NCBI GenBank assembly: GCA_944358865.1
Contig: CALVRV010000005.1
Location: forward strand, 1-63,231
DNA length: 63,231 nucleotides
Source of the DNA: an uncultured Bacilli bacterium
GTDB lineage: Bacteria > Bacillota_I > Bacilli_A > RFN20 > CAG-826
Direction of reading: 5' to 3'
Positions 58,385-63,231 of this stretch are shown here, piece by piece. The position numbers and the translations under genes are program-made. Within the stretch, counting starts at the first letter, position 1, and each line of letters begins with the position of its first letter. The notes below the pieces were generated by a model, which searched no databases, was not told the origin of the DNA, and worked only from the letters and a program-made list of their open reading frames with translations.

Positions 58385-60277
58385 ATGCCACCAAAAGGAA
58401 AACACCATGGTATGGGTACTACCTATAAAGTGAAAAACTTTAAAGGTACTGGAAAACGCTTATTATTAGAATTTAAACCTCTTTTAGCTTCGTTTATATT
58501 TGTCGCTATTATTTTAATTTGTGCTTCAATTTTAAACGCCATTTCTCCTATGTATTTAAGAAACATCATTAATGGTGTTGCATTAGACGCTAGTCAAGCT
58601 GCTGCAAGTGGAGGTTCATATGATGGCGAATATATCCACATCATGAATGGTATTATTAGCATTCATTGGGGTTCATTATGGAAATCATTTGGTATAATAA
58701 TGGCTTTTTATGCTTCTAGTGCTTTGATTTCTTGGATAGCAGAATGGACTGTTGCCAAAATAAGTGCAAATTATGCTTTTGAATTACGACAAAAAATAAA
58801 AGCAAAATTAGACAAACTACCACTTTCATTTTTTGATAGACAAACTGTTGGTGAAATATTATCTAGAGGAACAAATGATGTTGATACAATATCAAGATCT
58901 ATGTCTATGATAATTAATCAAACTATTTCTGGTATTGCTTTATTTATTGCAGTAGTAGTTATTATGTTTGTTGTTTCTTGGGAATTATCTTTAGTAGTTT
59001 TGTGTACCCTTCCACTTAGTTTAACAATCACCATTGTAATTGCTAAAACATCTCAAAAACAATTTGCAACATATCAAAGCAAATTAGGTGCAGTAGAAGG
59101 ATATGCCGAAGAACAATATGCAGGATTTACGGTTATTAAATTATTTAATAAAGAAGACGATTCACAAAAACAATTTAACACTATTTCTGAAGATATGAAA
59201 AACGCTGACTGGAAAGCAAGATGGTTATCATTTTTAATCTTCCCATTGATTAGATTTGTAAATAACATTGGTTATGTCGCCGTTTGTGTTGTTGGAGGCG
59301 CAACTAAATCAGCCGAAGAAATTGGCACTATCGCTGTATTCTTTATCTATTTAAATTTATTCCAACAACCATTCCAACAAATTGGTGAAATTGCTAGCAC
59401 CATACAAAGTGTTGTCGCTGCAGCGGAACGTATCTTTGAAATATTAGATGAAGTTGAAGAACCAAAAGAAGATGAAGACGCTATTTCTAGTGAAGATAAT
59501 ATTGTTGGTAATATCGACATTACACATGTTGACTTTAGTTATGATCAATCAAAAGAATTAATTAAAGATATGAATTTAGTAGTCCATCAAGGTGATTCTG
59601 TCGCTATTGTTGGACCAACAGGTGCAGGTAAAACAACAATTGTAAACTTGTTAATGCGTTTTTATGATGTTAACGCTGGTTCAATAACTTTAGATGGTTA
59701 TGATATTCGCCATTACACAAGAAAAGCTTTAAGAGGCTCTGTTGGTATGGTTTTACAAGATACATGGCTATTTGAAGGAACAATTAAAGAAAACATTCGC
59801 TACGGAAGAAGCGATGCAACAGACGAAGAAATCATTCAAGCTGCAAAAGCCGCTCACGCCCATCATTTTATTAAAACTCTTCCAAACAATTATGATTTTA
59901 TGTTAAATGAGGATGGAACAAACATTTCTCAAGGGCAACGTCAATTAATTACAATCGCACGAGCGTTTGTTTCACAACCAAAAATTCTTATTCTTGATGA
60001 AGCTACTTCAAGTGTTGATACAAGAACTGAAATGCAGATTCAAGACGCTATGGATAAATTGATGGAAAATAAAACCGCATTTGTTATTGCGCATAGATTG
60101 TCCACTATTAAAAACGCTAAACTTATTATTGTTATGAATAAAGGCTCTATCATTGAAAGCGGTAATCATGAGCAACTTCTTAAAAAAGGTGGATTTTATG
60201 CCGATCTATATAATTCACAATTCGCGGGTATCAATCCAATGGCAAAAGAAGAAATTATTGAACAAACAAATTCATAA
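58385..60277 (+). CDS. ABC exporter, fused permease/ATPase subunit B
   Basis: Walker A GPTGAGKTT, signature ISQGQRQL, and Walker B LILDEA. Start moved to the ATG at 58385, which has a GAGGAGG RBS. Confidence 0.9.
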   Translation: MPPKGKHHGMGTTYKVKNFKGTGKRLLLEFKPLLASFIFVAIILICASILNAISPMYLRNIINGVALDASQAAASGGSYDGEYIHIMNGIISIHWGSLWKSFGIIMAFYASSALISWIAEWTVAKISANYAFELRQKIKAKLDKLPLSFFDRQTVGEILSRGTNDVDTISRSMSMIINQTISGIALFIAVVVIMFVVSWELSLVVLCTLPLSLTITIVIAKTSQKQFATYQSKLGAVEGYAEEQYAGFTVIKLFNKEDDSQKQFNTISEDMKNADWKARWLSFLIFPLIRFVNNIGYVAVCVVGGATKSAEEIGTIAVFFIYLNLFQQPFQQIGEIASTIQSVVAAAERIFEILDEVEEPKEDEDAISSEDNIVGNIDITHVDFSYDQSKELIKDMNLVVHQGDSVAIVGPTGAGKTTIVNLLMRFYDVNAGSITLDGYDIRHYTRKALRGSVGMVLQDTWLFEGTIKENIRYGRSDATDEEIIQAAKAAHAHHFIKTLPNNYDFMLNEDGTNISQGQRQLITIARAFVSQPKILILDEATSSVDTRTEMQIQDAMDKLMENKTAFVIAHRLSTIKNAKLIIVMNKGSIIESGNHEQLLKKGGFYADLYNSQFAGINPMAKEEIIEQTNS

Positions 60278-60324
60278 TCTAACAAAAAAGATGAGTTTTG
60301 CTTAATAATTAATAAAATTTGCTT

Positions 60325-60360
60325 AAATAACAGTCAAAAATCGTTTGGCTGTTATTTTTT
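60325..60360 (+). terminator. rho-independent terminator of the ABC operon
   Basis: AAATAACAG(TC)-loop-(GG)CTGTTATTT followed by a T-run. Confidence 0.65.
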
Positions 60361-60480
60361 AAGATTAAAAATATTTAAAATATTTTTTAATATTTATGGC
60401 TAGTCTTTATTATCTATGATAATATATTAAACGTAAGTTCTGACGTATCAAATGTCAGACAAGTACTAAGGAGGTACTAT

Positions 60481-63111
60481 ATGTCAAAAAAATATGTCTA
60501 CTCCTTTAAAGAAGCTCATGGTTTAGGTAAAGAACTTCTTGGGGGTAAAGGTGCTGGCTTAGCAGAAATGACTTCTATTGGTGTTCCAATTCCACCAGGA
60601 TTTACAGTCACTACAGAAGCTTGCACATTGTATTATCAAAATCACAAAGAGTTGCCAGACTATCTTGTCAAAGAAGTCGACAACGCCATTAAAGGTATTG
60701 AAAAAGAAACCGGAAAAACATTTGGTGGAGAACACAATCCATTACTTGTTTCAGTTAGAAGTGGCGCCCGTGTTTCAATGCCTGGTATGATGGATACCAT
60801 TTTAAACTTAGGTTTAAACGATCAAACTTGTAACGCTTTAGCAAGAGAAACAAACAACGAAAGATTTGCTTATGACTGCTATCGTCGTTTTATCTTAATG
60901 TTTACAAACATCGCTAAAGGTCATCCACGTACTGACATGGATAAAATGCTTGATGATTTAAAAGAAAGTCGTGGGTATAAATTAGATACCGAAGTTACCG
61001 CAGAAGAATTAAAAGATTTAGTCCAAAGATATAAAGACTATTACAAAAAAACATTCAATGAAGACTTCCCTTCTGACCCATATGTTCAATTAATCGAAGC
61101 TGTTACTGCTGTATTTAGATCTTGGGATAACCCACGTGCTAATACATATCGTAAAATGAACAGCATTCCTTATGAATGGGGAACCGCTGTTAACGTTCAA
61201 TCAATGGCTTTTGGTAACAAAGGCGAAACATCAGGAACTGGTGTTGCTTTCTCTCGTAGCCCATCAACTGGTGAAAAGAAAATTTTTGCTGAATATTTAC
61301 CAAACGCACAAGGTGAAGACGTTGTTGCAGGTATTCGTACTCCTCTCCATATTGAAGAATTACAAGCAAGAATGCCTGATGTTTATAAACAATTTGTTGA
61401 AACCATTAAAAATATGGAACACCACTATCGCGATATGCAAGATATGGAATTTACCGTTGAAGAAGGGAAATTATATTTCTTGCAAACAAGAAACGGTAAA
61501 AGAACCGCTGCTGCTGCATTAAAAATTGCTTGCGATTTAGTGGATGAAGGTTTAATTAGTGAACAAGAAGCTGTTTTACGTGTTGAACCACAAGCTTTAG
61601 ATAGTTTATTACACAAAACATTTGATCCAGCCGAATTAAAGAAAGTTGAACCTATCGGTGTTGGTTTACCTGCTTCTCCAGGTGCTGGCTCTGGTAAGAT
61701 TGCTTTCTCTGCTAACGAAGCAAAATCTAGACATGAAGCTGGAGAAAAAGTTGTTTTAGTCCGTGCCGAAACATCACCTGAAGATATCGATGGTATGGTT
61801 TCTAGTGAAGGTATTCTCACAATGCGTGGCGGTATGACATCACACGCTGCTGTCGTTGCTCGTGGTATGGGCAAATGCTGTGTTGCAGGTTGTTCTGCTG
61901 CTGTTATCGATGAAGAAAAACGCACTTTAACATTAGGTGGCAAAACATATACTAGCGATGATGTTATTTCTTTAGATGGTTCTACTGGAAGTGTCTACGC
62001 TGGTGATATTAAAAAAGTTGATCCAGAATTAGGTGGTTATTTCAAACGTGTCATGGATTGGGCAGACAAATATCGCCGCTTACATGTTCGTGCTAACGCT
62101 GATACACCACGTGATGCTGAAACTGCTGCAAAATTTGGTGCAGAAGGTATCGGATTATGCCGTACCGAACATATGTTCTTCGCACCAGAAAGAATTTTCC
62201 ATATGAGAAAAATGATTCTTTCTGAAGAAGTTAAAGATAGAGAAGCAGCTTTAAGTGAATTATTACCATATCAAAGAGATGACTTCTATCACTTATATAT
62301 GTCCATGAAAGGCATGAATGTTAATATTCGTTTATTAGATCCACCACTACACGAATTCTTACCTCAAGAAGAAGATAAGATTGAAGAATTAGCCAAAGCA
62401 ATGAATATGACTGTTCAACACGTCAAAGAAAGAATTGCTTATTTACATGAATTCAATCCTATGATGGGTCACCGTGGTTGCCGTCTTGACGTTTCTTATC
62501 CAGAAATTGGACGTATGCAAGCTAGAGCAATCACTGAAGCTGCTATTAAAGCTCAAAAAGATTTAGGCAAAAAATTAACTGCTGAAATCATGATTCCATT
62601 AACCTTAGATGTTAAAGAATTTAAATATGTAAAAGAAATTCTTGTTGAAGAAATCGAAAAAGTCATTAAAGAAAACAATGTTGAATTAAATTATCATGTT
62701 GGTACCATGATTGAAATCCCAAGAGCGGCTTTATTATCTAAAGAAATCGCTCCAGAAGCAAAATTCTATTCATTTGGTACAAACGATTTAACTCAAATGA
62801 CATTTGGTTTCTCTCGTGATGATGCAGGCAAATTCTTACCAGATTATTATTCTAAAAAGATTTTAGAACAAGATCCATTTGCCCACGTTGATACTAAAGG
62901 TGTCGGTCGTTTAATTCAAATCGCTTCTGATGAAGGTCGCGCTGCAAATAAAGACTTACACATTGGTGTCTGTGGCGAACATGGTGGTGACCCGTTATCT
63001 ATCCAATTCTTTGATAAAGTTGGTTTAGATTATGTTTCTTGCTCACCATATCGTGTCCCAATTGCAAGACTTGCTGCTGCACAAGCTGCAATTACTAATT
63101 CTAAAAAATAA
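60481..63111 (+). CDS. ppdK: pyruvate, phosphate dikinase
   Basis: 876 aa. Phosphohistidine block GGMTSHAAVVARG and the C-terminal CGEHGGDP PEP-utilising block. AAGGAGG RBS. Confidence 0.95.
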   Translation: MSKKYVYSFKEAHGLGKELLGGKGAGLAEMTSIGVPIPPGFTVTTEACTLYYQNHKELPDYLVKEVDNAIKGIEKETGKTFGGEHNPLLVSVRSGARVSMPGMMDTILNLGLNDQTCNALARETNNERFAYDCYRRFILMFTNIAKGHPRTDMDKMLDDLKESRGYKLDTEVTAEELKDLVQRYKDYYKKTFNEDFPSDPYVQLIEAVTAVFRSWDNPRANTYRKMNSIPYEWGTAVNVQSMAFGNKGETSGTGVAFSRSPSTGEKKIFAEYLPNAQGEDVVAGIRTPLHIEELQARMPDVYKQFVETIKNMEHHYRDMQDMEFTVEEGKLYFLQTRNGKRTAAAALKIACDLVDEGLISEQEAVLRVEPQALDSLLHKTFDPAELKKVEPIGVGLPASPGAGSGKIAFSANEAKSRHEAGEKVVLVRAETSPEDIDGMVSSEGILTMRGGMTSHAAVVARGMGKCCVAGCSAAVIDEEKRTLTLGGKTYTSDDVISLDGSTGSVYAGDIKKVDPELGGYFKRVMDWADKYRRLHVRANADTPRDAETAAKFGAEGIGLCRTEHMFFAPERIFHMRKMILSEEVKDREAALSELLPYQRDDFYHLYMSMKGMNVNIRLLDPPLHEFLPQEEDKIEELAKAMNMTVQHVKERIAYLHEFNPMMGHRGCRLDVSYPEIGRMQARAITEAAIKAQKDLGKKLTAEIMIPLTLDVKEFKYVKEILVEEIEKVIKENNVELNYHVGTMIEIPRAALLSKEIAPEAKFYSFGTNDLTQMTFGFSRDDAGKFLPDYYSKKILEQDPFAHVDTKGVGRLIQIASDEGRAANKDLHIGVCGEHGGDPLSIQFFDKVGLDYVSCSPYRVPIARLAAAQAAITNSKK

Positions 63112-63231
63112 ATAGAATTAAAATAAAATAAACAAAAAACTCGTTTCAATTGAGTGATGGGTACCCAGTTTCCTAGACATTAAATGTTTGTTAACTGGAT
63201 TATATCATAAGACTAACATGGATGCTTCCCT

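Noticed and set aside
61425-61943. A 172-aa antisense ORF inside ppdK, along with similar antisense or alternative-frame ORFs at 20528-20890, 16427-16699, 54632-54940, 56703-56990 and 61172-61522.
   Set aside because: They lie entirely within strongly conserved genes, have low-complexity or Ser/Pro/Ala-rich compositions typical of antisense frames, and have no RBS.
1-63231. CRISPR arrays, rRNA or tRNA genes, and TGA-as-Trp recoding.
   Set aside because: No regularly spaced repeats were seen, and no tRNA-like or rRNA-like segments beyond ssrA. Long conserved genes (mfd, ftsH, ppdK, BREX) are intact under the standard code, and several end in TGA, so TGA is a stop here.
63112-63231. The region after ppdK and the first 142 nt of the window were searched for a terminator, tRNA or mobile-element end. 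This included GCGTATACGC at 113-122.
   Set aside because: Only weak stems of 4-5 bp were found. They are too short and too close to the window edges to interpret.

Overview
This 63.2-kb chromosomal window comes from a very AT-rich, tightly packed genome. By inference it resembles Mollicutes or Erysipelotrichia, and it reads TGA as stop, because all conserved proteins are full length under the standard code. Most of the window is housekeeping on the minus strand: rlmH, a yycJ-like MBL hydrolase, dnaB, rplI, gdpP, rpsR-ssb-rpsF, lysS, dusB, ftsH, tilS, mfd and pth. A tmRNA gene is also present that the ORF track cannot show. Other content includes a lipid-handling cluster (DegV plus two tandem patatin-like lipases), an mgsA-hydantoinase-carbamoylase operon, and surface-glycan genes fused to a LemA membrane-protein module. 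A TetR-controlled heterodimeric ABC exporter and ppdK complete the right end. The stand-out is an accessory island of about 14.9 kb (33640-48510). It carries a complete six-gene type 1 BREX operon (brxA-brxB-brxC-pglX-pglZ-brxL) with a near-consensus promoter. A seventh gene is translationally coupled to brxL and encodes a membrane-anchored AbiTii-like protein, which is not part of canonical BREX. The island is bracketed by a perfect 27-bp direct repeat and by two decayed IS1634-like transposase remnants in the same orientation. Removing the island in silico rejoins a sugar-transferase gene and mgsA with a spacer of about 60 nt. pglX also contains two perfect GC-rich inverted repeats of 13 and 14 bp that stand out against the AT-rich background. 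All functional calls come from motifs read in the translations and remembered family signatures; no database search was run.
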